64,000 nucleotides of DNA from Camelus dromedarius (GCF_036321535.1 NC_087436.1:111726001-111790000), one strand, 5' to 3'; positions 24,321 through 36,665 are shown, numbered from the stretch's first letter. Program-made: numbers and translations. The notes: generated by a model not told the origin, from the letters alone.

Positions 24321-25205
24321 ATGTCAGGCATTTTGGTAAACAATGTTGATTTGTTTAACTCATTGAACTCCACTCCCCCCCCCCTTTTTTTTTCAGATTC
24401 TCCTCTGCCATCGAGAAACACATGTTCAGAGGCAAGCTGTCCTCTGAACAGAGTTGTGGTTTGCTTGACTCCCAGCATCTGTGCAGGGATGGAGCAGAAG
24501 GAAGTGGGTGGAAGATGGGATGGTATCTGGGTCTTTTTAGTGTGTGTGTTGGATTGTGGTCCCTTCTGAGGTCCCCATCGCATCACAGAGGAGAAGCAGA
24601 GACTACATATCCCCAAACCCCTTCCCCCAGTTTGCCAGTGAGAGGCACTTGCAAGTCTGGAGAGAGATTTGGAAAGTTGAAGAGCAGGAGCCAGGACGTT
24701 CTGAGGGCAGTTGCAGTAGATGTGCGCCCGGAGGTGAAACTCACAGAGGCTTCCAGACACATTCTTGAGAACCACCTGCTTCAGCGGTTCAGGCCAAAGA
24801 CTTCAACACTGGCTTCAGAGGTGGCTGCTCTGGGTTTTACTTCCCAGCTCCTCCACTGGTTGTATAACCCCTTAATTCCAATGCCTGGAATACATAGACT
24901 AGCTACTGGTTTCCTGAGTGAACCTCGGTTAATCCAGCGTGTTTTTCAGAAAAGCGTAACACTTCATGAGGCAGCAACTTTCTAGTAATTTCTTTTAACA
25001 GAGTCCAAAAGAATCCTAGCTCACTGAAGCTGGAAGAGATCTTTGAGATCATGGAGGCTGGGTTTCTCAAAATTTGGATTTCATTGACAAATAAAATCTT
25101 TTAAGTTTGTGGAGCTGACATGGAACTTGCTTTTTTTTTTTTGCTATGAATACTTTGATGTTTTTCAACTTAACGATCACAACTATTTTTAAAAGAAGAG
25201 GTATT

Positions 25206-25295
25206 ATATTGTATAGCACAGAGAACTATACTCAATATCTTGTAATAACCTATAATGGAAAAGAATCTGAAAAAGAATAGATAAAAAATATAAAA
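25206..25295 (+). mobile_element. ~90-bp L1 3' UTR fragment with TSD
   Basis: tgtatagcacagagaactatactcaatatcttgtaataacctataatggaaaagaatctgaaaaagaat. 16-bp TSD taaaagaag(a/g)ggtatt at 25190-25205 and 25296-25311. Confidence 0.85.
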
Positions 25296-25547
25296 TAAAA
25301 GAAGGGGTATTTATCATCCTTCTCCAACAAAACAGTCTCAGTAAAAGGAACCAAATTTCAAAGCGAATACATGGAGTTTTATGAAAAGTTTGCTACAACT
25401 TTTTTTTTCCACTTTGTTGCAGGCACATCTAAGCCGAAGTTTTCATTTTAGAGATAAGAAAACCGAAGCCCAGATAAGTTAAGGGCCTATTTATCACAGA
25501 GCTTATTCAAAGCAAAGACCGGGACCCAGATCTCCTCATCTCTGGTC

Positions 25548-25744
25548 TAGAGTTTCTCGACCTCAGCGCTATTGACATTTGGGGCTGAATAATTCTTTGC
25601 AGAGTGTGTAGGGCGGAGGCTGTCCTGGGATGTAGGGTGCTTAGAAGCATCCTTGGCCTCAACCTACTAGATGCGTAACACCCTCCAGTAGTGACAACCA
25701 GCATCTCCAGGCCCAGCGGGATGTCCCCTGGTTAAGAACTGCTG
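25548..25744. mobile_element. MER20 (hAT-Charlie MITE)
   Basis: gtttctcgacctcagcgctattgacatttggggctgaataattctttg...gttaagaactgctg. 8-bp TSD ctctggtc/ctctgatc. Confidence 0.9.
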
Positions 25745-26019
25745 CTCTGATCTAAGACACCGTCTATGCTACTTGTTAATTTATTTTCACTTTTATCACC
25801 AATGGCCAAGTGGTTAAAGAAGTCATTTCCGAAAATAGCAATTATTTTGTAACTGACGATAAACAAGGAGAAGACTTTCGGGGGCACATGATGCAGGAAG
25901 ATGCATGTAGAACTTCTGGGACTATGGGGGGTCCCTGTACCATACCAATGGCTAGGTATCACTTTGCAATAATCGCCCCTCTTTGTCGAACAGGTAGAGC
26001 TATGCACCTTGCAGACACG

Positions 26020-26160
26020 ATCGTATTTCTCCTACTCGACAATTCTGCAAGGTGGGTACTTTGAACCTCCATCTTGTGGCGGTAGAAGCAGGCTCAGCGA
26101 GGTCGAAGCCGCCTACCTGGGGCACTGCGAGCGCACCAGATCTGTCCAGCCCTTTCCGCT
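26020..26160 (-). mobile_element. MIR, GC/CpG-enriched copy
   Basis: acaattctgcaaggtgggtactttgaacctccatcttg...ggctcagcgaggtcgaag aligns by eye to MIR acaaccctgtgaggtaggtactattatccccatttt...ggctcagagaggttaag. Confidence 0.55.
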
Positions 26161-26739
26161 CAGCTGCCTCACCAGGTGAGCCCAGTGTCCAAGCTCCGGC
26201 AGCAGAGGGGTGCCTGGCCCCGGCCTGCTGCCCCGGGGAGCTCAGTGTCGGTCAGTGTGCAGGTTGCCACGTAGGCATGAGATTCCAGGAAGGCTAAGGA
26301 GGTTGGGGGCCCACTGATGCCACAGTGTTTAAATCCCAAAGAGGCTACTGGAGTTCCAAATGCCTTTCCAGTCTTTCCTTCCACTTTTCTCCTATTGGGG
26401 CCTCTTTTTGGCTGGGCAGTTTTCCCCTGGTGCCCCTAGAATCTCTCATAATTTTCTCCCTTTCCGTTTTATTCACCTCATTCCTTCCTCTTAGATGCTC
26501 GTCCTTTCACCCACCCCGTCAAACACATGAATCCTATTCTTTGGGGTTCGAATTCATGTCCCATCTCATCTGTGAGATCCTCCTGGGCCAGACTAGCCTT
26601 TCTGAAAAATCCTTTAGGATCACGCTGATCCTATACCTCTAAGTACACATTCCATTCATTGTTACTGATCTCTTGATGGAAATACACATTTATTATACTT
26701 TTTCAACTAGAAATACACTCCTAGAGATAAGAACGTAGG

Positions 26740-26925
26740 ATGTTTGGTTCCCATCTTGATTCTGTCACTTACTACGCACATGATCATGACTACGTCATTG
26801 AGCTTCCAGAAGTCCAGTTTCCTCACATGCAGTATGAGGACAATGGTATTTCCCTCGTTGGTTGTTGTAAGAATCAAATCAGAGGGTGAGTCAAAGTCCT
26901 TTATAAATTGCAAAGTTCATCACAA
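26740..26925 (+). mobile_element. MIR
   Basis: cagtttcctcacatgcagtatgaggacaat...ggttgttgtaagaatcaaat. Confidence 0.75.
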
Positions 26926-27167
26926 ATGTGTTTTTAATAACGATTATTACAATTTTAAAAAATTTACACTGCTAGTATGTAGTATATTGTCAATAAATAT
27001 TTGCAGATTTATGAACTGGAAGCCTCATCAGTGAATGTGCTGTACAAGGCAGGATTAGATCAGGACCTCTGAGGTCAGGCGATGCCCTCACCAGAGAGCC
27101 CTGCACCAGAGTGGTGCTTGGCTGCTAAGGAGTCAGGGGATTCCATGTGGAAGAGGTCATAGGCTGC

Positions 27168-27410
27168 TGGTGGAGATCACAGGATTCTAAGTTGACACCC
27201 AATGAGTCATGCTTTTGTACAGTCCCCTCTCCTTGAGTCTGAGTGGAATCTGTGACTTGCTTCTAGTCAGTAGAATATGGCAAAGGTGATAAGATGTCAC
27301 TTCCCTGCGCTACATTATAGAAGACTCCATCTTAGTAGACTAGAGCGAGAGATTCTCTTGCTGATTTTGAAGATGTGCCCTGTTGCAAGAGGGCCTGTGG
27401 GAGAGTCATG
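27168..27410 (+). mobile_element. MaLR LTR fragment, MLT1E-like
   Basis: cttgagtctgagtggaatctgtgacttgcttctagtcagtagaatatggcaaaggtgat. Confidence 0.8.
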
Positions 27411-28351
27411 AGTGCATCACTCTGTGTTTGCAAGTCATCGTCTTGGAAAGAACCCACCTTTGGAAGGACCCAGGCTCAGCGTCTTTCTGCTGCTTGGATA
27501 CAGGGAGTACCCCATCCCTGCTCACTACCCAGTACAGCTGTTGGAAGAATCATATTGGAAATTGGTGTGTGGCTGTGTTCCTCCTCCCAGCATTTCTTCC
27601 CACCCACACCTGAGACAGGGGGCCTCTCCAACCCTGTTCTCTTGCTCTTTGTCTTGGCTAGTCACTTCTTGCCTCCAGAGCATTAGGGGAGTGTCTCATC
27701 TCAGGAGCTGTGGAGAAAGTGGCTTGGTGGGAACATTGAACAGATGAAGAAACCGAAGCTCAGAGAAGTGAAGAGACTGGCTGAGGGTCGTGCTCAGGGC
27801 GTCAGCAGCCAAGTGGGATCCCAGACTTCTTGTGCAGCCTTGTCCTGTTGAGACCTCTCCTCATGGCCAGTCTGCAGAGTGTGTTGGGGACTGACTGATG
27901 GTCGACACCCAGCTGGGCTCATTTGGTTTGTTGGTGTCTGCACACAAAGAATAATACTGTAAATATTGTTATCGCCTCACCCAGCTTAGGGTTGGTAATA
28001 GGTCTTGATTCAGCATTGAAAGGGGGCTGGGAGAAATACAAAATGATGTTCAAAGACAGTTGTTGGTTCCAGTATGAAAAGCAGATGGTGAAAAATAGCT
28101 ACAAAGCTGTTTAAAATGTGTATCTGGTCAGAGTGCCTGCTAAAGTCTCAGTGCACAGCTGCAGAGAGAAGACGGACGGAAGCAAGAGGAGGTTCCACAC
28201 CCCCAAGAGGATGAGAGTCCCATTTTTCTGGGGTTGTGTTGGGAGGTTGGGGGAGTCAGCAAGAGCCCTTTCATTTCAGTTTGCTTGGGGCTAGTAGACA
28301 GCAGCTGTGAACAGGCTGATGGGAAATGAATTTAGGAAGAGCAAAATTCTT

Positions 28352-28353
<2 letters not shown>

Positions 28354-28385
<32 letters not shown>
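28354..28385. repeat. Pure poly(A)32 tract
   Basis: Directly visible. Confidence 0.95.
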
Positions 28386-28387
<2 letters not shown>

Positions 28388-29239
28388 AAAGAGCCGATTA
28401 CTCCTGAGAACTCTGGGAATGTCTAGGAAACGTGGGAAGGCCTCTCATGAAGGATGCTGCTGACAGCGGCGCGTGGCCTCCAGTTGCCACAGCAGTTTCA
28501 ACGTCACCAGGCAGACGCGTGAACAGACTGCAGCCCTGTCAGCATGTGGTTCTTATTCTCCCCTTATGGCCTGAAGAGAACACAGGCCCATCCAGCCAAG
28601 GGTGTAGGTTTGGAGTTGAGTGAAGACATTTGAAAGCTGCAGAATCATGCAGAAGATCTTAAGAAAGCAGGACTTATTTCCGAGAGGGATGAGATGTCAG
28701 GGTTGGAAGAGACTTCGGACGTCATGGAATTCAGGGTCTGCTAACAGGTTGAATCTTGAGTGGGGGTCCTGATGATTTCTGAGAGTATGGTCTTGAAGGT
28801 GGGCTTGGGCTCAGTGAGAGACGGTGCTGTGATGGATTAGTTATGTCTTGGGGGGCAGGAGTAGGAAATGACTGCACAGAATATGTAGACCATTTGTCCT
28901 TTCTAATGGTTCCACCAACACATTTTACAACTGAATGAAATAAGACCTAAGAAGAGAAGTGATAGTTCCAAGGGACAGATCTGAGAGACAGTGGTAGAAC
29001 AAGTCTTACATTTTGATTAGTTTGCTACTGTCATCCTGGGCTCATTCATTCATTTAACACATATTGTTTGAGCATCTACTTTGTGACAGGTGTTCTTATG
29101 TTTCAGAACTTGGTCTTTAATGCAAATGTAGCCTTAGCTCCTCATCTTTTGCAAAGCATCAATGTCCTTGGTTAAGTGCTGAGACAGTGGCATTGGATGC
29201 TTGCCATGCAGCAAGAACTTTCTTAAATGCTTGGTGGAT

Positions 29240-29720
29240 AGGAAATAATATAACATACTGGGCAACATCATGGACTCTGGAACCAAATTTCCTTGGCCCT
29301 AATCTTGTGTCTGACTTACTCAGATACAAGCTAATCATTGAAGCCCACTTCAATGAAGTGCCTCCATTTTCTCATCTCTAAAGTGAGGATAACAATAATG
29401 GTACTTAGCTCATCATATTGTTGCAAGGATTAAATGAGTTAATCCATGCAAAACACTTAAAACAGTGTCTGGCATATAATAAGTGCTTCACAAATATCAA
29501 TTATTATCATTTTAAAATGTCATCTTCACAAAAACCCTCTAAGGTAAATATGATTAGTGTTTCCACTTTATGGAACACATTGGATTTGGATCGTGCCTCT
29601 GCCACTAATTGGCTATGTGATCTTGGGCCTCAGCTTCCCAACCATAAAATAGATTATTAATAAAACATATATTATTATTATAATAATTAAGTAGAATACT
29701 GTACCAAAGTGCTTAAAACA
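29240..29720 (+). mobile_element. Two MIR copies in tandem
   Basis: tttctcatctctaaagtgaggataacaat...aggattaaatgagttaat...aacagtgtctggcatataataagtgct, and a second copy with gctatgtgatcttggg. Confidence 0.75.
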
Positions 29721-29744
29721 GAGTAATTGTCAATGAGTGTTACC

Positions 29745-29880
29745 TATCACCATTACACCACCAACACCTTCATCAACACCATCACCATCATCATCAAAAT
29801 CAACATCAACAACCACCATCACTGTAATCATCAACTCACTGTCACCATAATCATTATCACCATCATTGTCACCATCATAT
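29745..29880. repeat. Degenerate (CAT/CAC)n trinucleotide tract
   Basis: Directly visible. It explains the Asp/Gly-rich pseudo-ORF at 29730-29912. Confidence 0.85.
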
Positions 29881-29959
29881 ATAAGGGCTAAGAATGATTT
29901 AGAGTGGCTCACAATCTTAAAATTTAAAGAAATTTGCTTGAATCTGTACAGCTAATGGA

Positions 29960-30730
29960 TACTCCTCTCTTATAGCCATACATCCAACCACTTGTTCAAC
30001 CTCAGCTGATACGTCTCAAACCACTTCATTTTCAATATTATCATAACAAAAATTCTGATTTGTATCCTCTCCTCTTCCTGGCTGAAATCTGTTCCTTCCT
30101 GAGGGAGCTTTATTTCAGGGAATGGTACCACCCCAAGGAATGCCATAGCATGATGATTACAAGCCAGGCCCTCTGACATCTCACCCTGGAGGTCTGATTC
30201 CTCCCCAAATCTGATCAAGTTTATTTCCTTTTCCTTGAATCCCCCCCACCCCCCCACCATTTCACTGCATTGCCTCCTCTCTAGTCCAAGTCAGCATCAC
30301 CTCTTGCTGGACAATTGCAGTAGATTTCTAAAGAGCCTCCACATCGCCACTTTTATACTTCTCCCAAAACTCTCTCCACACGTCAGCCAAGGACATGTAT
30401 GTAAGATGCAAATTTGATTATTTCACACCCCTTTTTTTCTGCTTACCCCATCCTAAACAGATACTTAAAGCCTAAACAATTGAAGCCATTCCAGGGTTGT
30501 TATGGGAATGGCCGCATACCTTAACACGCCCTATAGAAGGGAAGGCTCTGTAGTTGCAACCTCCCATTTCCCTCTCCAGTCTTACCCTGAGGCACACTGG
30601 CCTTTCCACTAATGTCATGCTCTTTCTCATTCCCTGGGTCTTGACATATGATGCTTTCTGCCAAGAACAGCCCTACCAACCTGACTAATTTACTAAGTTA
30701 ACTTCCATTCACACTTCAGCTCTCAATAGA
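29960..30730 (+). mobile_element. L2
   Basis: cttgctggacaattgcagtagatttctaaagagcctcc, tctccacacgtcagcca and gatgcaaatttgattatttcac. Confidence 0.7.
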
Positions 30731-31359
30731 GCAGATATGTATCTTATTCAACTATAACACCTGGTATAAAAAATGGCACATGATTTATTAAAAAAAAATA
30801 AGATTTTGAGTCCCAGCTCACCAGGGAGACAAGAAATTCCATTTCCATTCTTTAAAAAAATTTTTGGTCAACAGGGTCTAGGCAGTGTCTAGGGCTTCTG
30901 GTCTTCATAACATCAAAGTCACTGCTACGATGCTCGTTGTCCAAGCTCAGAAAGTCTTCTCCTCTATGCTATGTTTTACATGAGGATCAGTACTGAGGCC
31001 AGGAGACTTCATGCCTGATGCCAGCCCCTGGGCACACCCCTAAGCTCTTTATCCATGGTTGTCATGGTTGTCAGGTCCCAGCACCTCCTCAGTACTTCAA
31101 AGGGAGAGTGCTGCTACCTCTTACGGGCAGCAACCACCCCCACCTCCTGCTTTTCCTAATACTGGAGCATCTCTCCCTCTCCCAGGTGAGTTATTTCTGT
31201 TTCTACCTCTCCAAGCCCTTCCTCTGGGCCCTAGCTCTTCTGCAGTGACTCTTATGTGGACCTTTGGAAACACAGTGAAGACCCGAGGGATAGTAGTAGG
31301 GAAAGGAGATGACGACATTAATTTTTCTTGGTAACTCCCACCATTAACATCACTTAAAA

Positions 31360-31820
31360 AATGTTCTTAACAATTTTTGTGCCAAAGATCTCTTTAGCAG
31401 TCTGATAAAGTCTGTGTACCCTCTTCTTAGGACACTGTTTTAACATCCATAAAATATATAGGAATGTACTTCTATTGAAATAGTTTTCAAAATATTTTTA
31501 AAAAATTGTTATGTCATAAGATACATATATATATATATACATATATATATATGCACATACACACACATACACATATGTGTGTGTGTGTCTTTATTAATTC
31601 ATCAAGTGTCATGAACTTGTGGCAGGTATAATAACTATAATAATTTCAAAGTAGGGGTGAATGTAAACACTATTTCAAGATCTCCACAACTACTGTCATG
31701 CTACTATATTTGGTGGCCAAAGTTATAAATGGAAGGAAATGCCAAATTTCAGTTAGAAGGCAGTGAGAATAAAAGTGTAATTTTTTCCTGAGTTCAAGAC
31801 GCCTCCAAATTAAGCCCAGA
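31360..31820. mobile_element. hAT-Charlie element (MER119-like) with an internal TA/CA microsatellite
   Basis: gttcttaacaatttttgtgccaaagatctctttagcagtctgataaagtctgtgtaccc and ggaaggaaatgccaaatttcagttag. Confidence 0.65.
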
Positions 31821-31879
31821 TGGAGGAACCCTTCCTCCTGACAGTTTTCTCCATCCTCTGGCTCATCTGTCACTGAGCA

Positions 31880-32085
31880 CCCTATGCTTTTCTGCATTCA
31901 CCTTTTCAGAGTTTGCAGTTATACCTTGATTTGTATGATTATTTGCTTATACAGTAGACTATAAACTCACTCAGAGCAGAGAACTTTTGTTTTACTTGCA
32001 ATTATATTCCTGTATCAAGCACAGTTCCTGGTACTTAATAAATAGAAGTTTAATAAATATTTGGTGAACAAATGAAAAATGAACA
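31880..32085 (+). mobile_element. L2 3' end
   Basis: tagactataaactc...agcacagttcctggtacttaata...aataaatatttggtgaacaaatgaa. Confidence 0.75.
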
Positions 32086-32344
32086 TTGAATCATTTCAAC
32101 ATTACATGAATTGGAGAATAAATTGTGGCATTTACTGATCCAAACTCTGCAGTTTTTCCCAGATGTCTGGCAGCTCCCTCAGGAAGGAAGCTGGTTGTCT
32201 GGGTTGGTGGAGGAGGGGGAGGGATCTGGGGAGAACTATGGAGCTAGAGCCAGAGGGAAAAGAATAAAACGGTGTGAGAGGGCTGTGGAAATGCAAAAGG
32301 TCCAGGCAGAGAAGCTCATCCAAATGTGTTGGAGTGAGTTTTGA

Positions 32345-32712
32345 GCTAGGTCATTTAGGATGCTTTTGGCTGCAAGTAACAGGATATTGAGCAAAATATG
32401 GCTACAAGAGCAAGGGCAGTTGCTTACCTGTGTCCAGAGCTAAGGAGCTCTAGAGGCAGTTTAGCAGCTCAGCAATGTCACTAGAGTACATGCTTTTGTC
32501 ACCTTTCCAGTTGGCCAGCTGAGGTTGGCAGTGCTTATGGAGACATACAAGATGGCTGTAGCAGCTTCACACACCAAAATCTCCAAACAGGAAGGAGGAG
32601 AAAGTTCTCTTTATGTTGCACCAAGGAACTGGGTCACATAGTGATTTTGAAATCAGTCTTTTGGAGAGAGAGTACACTGATTTAGACCAATCATAAGTCA
32701 TCCCTTGGAATA
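32345..32712 (-). mobile_element. Old MaLR LTR (MLT1J/K/L-like)
   Basis: ttaggatgcttttggctgcaagtaacag...caagatggctgtagcagcttc...ttagaccaatca. Confidence 0.7.
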
Positions 32713-33349
32713 GATTGTCAACGAGTATCTGAAGTGATGGGAGTTCTCAGAGCAAGGAAGAACGAGGTAGTGGCTGCAGGTAGATAGATAATCAATTGTG
32801 TTGACAGGTAGAGAGTCAGCATGGCAGGGATAGGGGAGGGGGACCCAAAGAGCCAGAACTAGTTGAATACCCTTTACCAATGAAGTAGCTCACTTTTTAA
32901 CTGCTTCCAACAGGACGTTTGTATTGAAGGGGCAAATCACAGAGCAAAAAACCCAGAGTTGTTATCACCACTGCTTTTAAAATCTGAAGAGTTGTAAGGA
33001 CTCATCATTTTTATTTTACTTTTTTCCTAATTTTTAAAATGAAGTATTTGTCCTGAAGTCTTCTGTAAATACCTGTGTTTGCACCTAAATCTTCTAGAAA
33101 CATATACAATGGTTAACAGTAGTCGCCTCTGGGGAGAGCAACTGGGAGATGGAGGCAAGATAGAGGCTCCCTGTTCACGCAAGCCCTTTGGTTTCTTTTC
33201 AGCTTTTAGCATATGCATGAAATATTGTTTCAATTAAAAAAGAGATTTACTTTCAAAATATTCAAGTGATTATCTACAATTATACAATTTCCACTAGCCA
33301 GACATACTTAACATCAAAAATTTAGATGATATTTTAAAGTAGCTTTAAT

Positions 33350-33580
33350 TTAATTAGTACCTACTATGTGCTGAATAATTGGTGTTCATTTGTTATTTCC
33401 TTTAATCCTCACAGCAACCCTGCTTATAACCCTGTTAGTGTTATTTCTATTTTACAGATCATAAAATTGAAGCCCAGTGTGATGAATGATCTTGCCCCCA
33501 AATCACACATATTTAATCTGGATTAAAGTCCAGTTTTGTTTAATTCTGAAGTCCATGTTTTTTCAACAATACTAAGATGC
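33350..33580 (-). mobile_element. MIR
   Basis: tttaatcctcacagcaaccctg...attttacagat. Confidence 0.8.
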
Positions 33581-33621
33581 CTCTCAGTATATGGCAATGG
33601 AAAGAGAAGGAGGGGAGAGAT

Positions 33622-34160
33622 AAAGTCAATTCTCCTTTGCCATTGTTATGTTCTAAAGTCACTGTTAACACAGAATTAGTGAATACTGAGCCACTGCTCC
33701 TGCGGGAAGCATAGAGTTAGCTTCCTGTAAGCCTCATGCTGTACTGTTTGTTAACTAATCAACGTATAACTTTGTTTTATCTGCATTTTTGTTTAAAGAC
33801 ACCTTGTTTAATGTATATTGTTGATTCTTCAACACCGAACTCAGCCACCAGCAAACGAATGAAGCTTATTCTAACACAGGTATTTTCCCCATAAAGCACA
33901 TCACAGCCAGCTGAACTTAAGAACACTAAATTAACACCATACTTCAGGAGCCATTTTGAACAACAAATCACCGAGGAAAAGCACAAAAATGCAGAAAACA
34001 TGGCACTAAGTAGCCTTTAAAAATGACATTTGTTTACAATATGAAAGCTGAAACAAGAAGGCAGAGCACTACCTCCTTGGACCTTAGCTGGAAACGTGCA
34101 CTCCAGATGACTCAGAATTCTCCACACTCTGCAAAAATCCATGAATTACCAAAAGTAGGC
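33622..34160. mobile_element. MER82-like (TcMar-Tigger) fossil
   Basis: gttatgttctaaagtcactgttaacacagaattagtgaatactgagccactgctcc...tttaaagacacctt...aaaagcacaaaaatgc...gctgaaacaagaaggcagagc. Confidence 0.8.
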
Positions 34161-36046
34161 AAATTCACATGTACACTTAGGTCAATTATCTTCCAATATT
34201 TTTGAAGTCAAAAACATAACTGAGACTCTTTTGTAACCACTTACATAAAGTACAGTCTCTCCACTTCTTGGAGACCAATGGAATATGGCTTTTAGCCATT
34301 TCTTCCCATGATGAATTTTTTTACACAGCACTTTCCACCCTGATCCATTATTTGTATAATGGTCTGTCTCTTCCACTAGAATATAATCTCCATGAAGACC
34401 TTATTTTGTTCAAGTCTCTTATTCTCATGGTCTCTGAGATTGCTTGTCTCATAATGGACTCTCAGTAAATATTGTGTTTAATGAGTGATAAACGAATGAG
34501 TATTATTTGCTTGACATTTGAATGTAATGAAGCACCATTGCCTTACTGCAAGCACCCAAACATGAATGATATCTTAAAGGCAGTTGGATGGCGCTGCCAG
34601 ACTTCTTGGCTTATAACTGTGTGTCTAAAACATTCCCACCCACCGCCGTGAGGAAAATCCAACACAGGCTGTGTTTCTGAAACTCTGGTGAAAATACGTA
34701 AAGGTTAAGCTCAGTGCTAAAACCATTGACATTTGAACAGCCTCAATGAGAAAGCAAAGTGGTTGTGAGAAACATTCATTTGAGGTTTTATGATGGAAGT
34801 GTGAGCGCCCACGGTAATGACTCTTAAAGAACCATATAGACTTGCTGGGGATTGATATGAAGGTTGGTGGTGGAAATACTCTTCATTAAAATAACAGCAC
34901 ACATATGCTGGGTCCTTTAACTGAAGGTCAGTGAAGCATGGCAAATGGAGGGTCAAGTTTAATTATCAATGTGCCATAAACAATGTTCTTTGTTGGGTAA
35001 ACTCTCTTTGCACTGACATTCAGTTATAGCTGCTTGTCTCTACTTGGCTTCAAGAACAAACTCAAACCGTACTATTCTACAAGGAGACTTCTCAGACTCC
35101 CAGAAACTTTTCCTCCCCATAAGCTGCTGGTGTTACACACGCCGCCCATAGCATGACCATCACTCATCACATCTGCTTGTGCAGGGGCTGCTACCCTGAC
35201 TACATCATAAGTTTCTACCTACTTTCCAACAACACCTTCCTCTCCAGTATCCCCAGGTTCAGCTTTGCCCCTTTCTAATCCACCTTCTAAGGTCAGAGTG
35301 ATCTTCATTGAAAAACAAATTTGACCATGCTATTTCTGTGTTTAAAAACTCATCTGGTGCTCCCTGTTGTCCTTTCGGGATAAGTTCCAGCTCCTTACTC
35401 TTTGCTCCCCACTCCCGGGTCCACAGAGCAAAACACACTGGACATGAGATGATGGTATTTAATGTGGTTGATGGATAGTTGGAAGTTCATTACAGTATTC
35501 TTCCTACCTTACCATCTGTTCAAAATTTTCCAAAAGAAAAAGAAAAAAAAAAATGCTTCCAGGAGGGAGATGGATCCTAGCTGAGACATGAGTTTGAATC
35601 CTGAGTCAGAGGTTGGGAGGAGGTGATAGGGCCTGAGGGGAACAACATTTTCAAATCCCTAAAGGTTACACGGAAACTTTGGACACACTCATACACTTGA
35701 TGGCACTAATCTGAAAGGCACTTTATGGTTCCCCTGCCAGACCTAGCTGTACCAGTGTGCACCATTAATGCCTTCTCAAATTCATCAACTTGATTATCCC
35801 AATGTATCAGATTCAGAGGATATCAACATTATATTTTGATACATATTACAGAGACTGAACGTTCTACTGAGAGATACCAGTCTGTTGGGGACCATAGATG
35901 GTCAGGGTGGCTGGTAATTTTGACATGGTTTGACATGGTAATTCCTGGAGTTAAGTGTAGAGAAGGAAGGGGCTGGGAGGTCCACAACAGTGAGCATTTG
36001 ATGACTGAGCAAATGAGTATAATGGGTGGGAAAAGAAATGCATGAG

Positions 36047-36541
36047 TTGAAAAGATACAAGCACCCCAATGGTGATAGCAGCACCTTTTACAATAGCCAA
36101 GACATGGAAACAAACTAAATATCCATCAACAGATGAATGGATAAAGAAAAATGTGGTATATATACATAATGGAATACTACTCAGACATAAAAAATAAATA
36201 ATGTCATTTGCAGCCACATGGATGGACCTAGAGATTATCACACTAAGCCAAGCAAGTCAGTCAGAGAAAGACAAATATCATATGATATTGCTTATATGTG
36301 GAACCTAAAAAAAACACAAATGAAATTATTTATGAAACAGAGACGCACAGACATAGAAAACAAACTTATGGTTACCAGCGGGGAGGAGAGAGAGAGAGAA
36401 ATTGAGAGTTTTGGATTGGCAGATACAAACTATTATGTACAGAACAGGTAAACAACAAGATCCTACTGTATAGCACAGGGAACTGTATTCAATGGCTTAT
36501 AGTAACCTGTAATGAAAAAGAATATGTATGTGTATATATAA

Positions 36542-36587
<46 letters not shown>

Positions 36588-36665
36588 TGAATCACCATGC
36601 TGTACACCAGAAACTAATACATTGTAAATCAACTATACTTTAATAAAAAAAAAATGAGGAACAAG
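36047..36665 (+). mobile_element. 5'-truncated L1 3' end (~620 bp) with an internal (TA)n
   Basis: Collinear with 19850-20360, then continues to a full tail (tgtaaatcaactatactttaataaaaaaaaa). Perfect 13-bp TSD agaaatgcatgag at 36034-36046 and 36666-36678. Confidence 0.95.

Noticed and set aside
24423..24450. Hairpin tgttcagagg-caagctgt-cctctgaaca (10-bp stem)
   Set aside because: One or two such stems are expected by chance in a window this size, and it does not extend.
24422..24985. Longest ORFs (187 aa here, 183 aa at 6226-6777, 163 aa at 24284-24775)
   Set aside because: No recognisable domain, composition typical of random mammalian ORFs, and overlapping ORFs in several frames; 6226-6777 lies in decayed L1.
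26006..26055. Hairpin caccttgcaga...tctgcaaggtg (11-bp stem) as a miRNA or structured RNA
   Set aside because: The stem is too short for a pre-miRNA, one arm is MIR-derived, and a stem of this size is plausible by chance in 64 kb.
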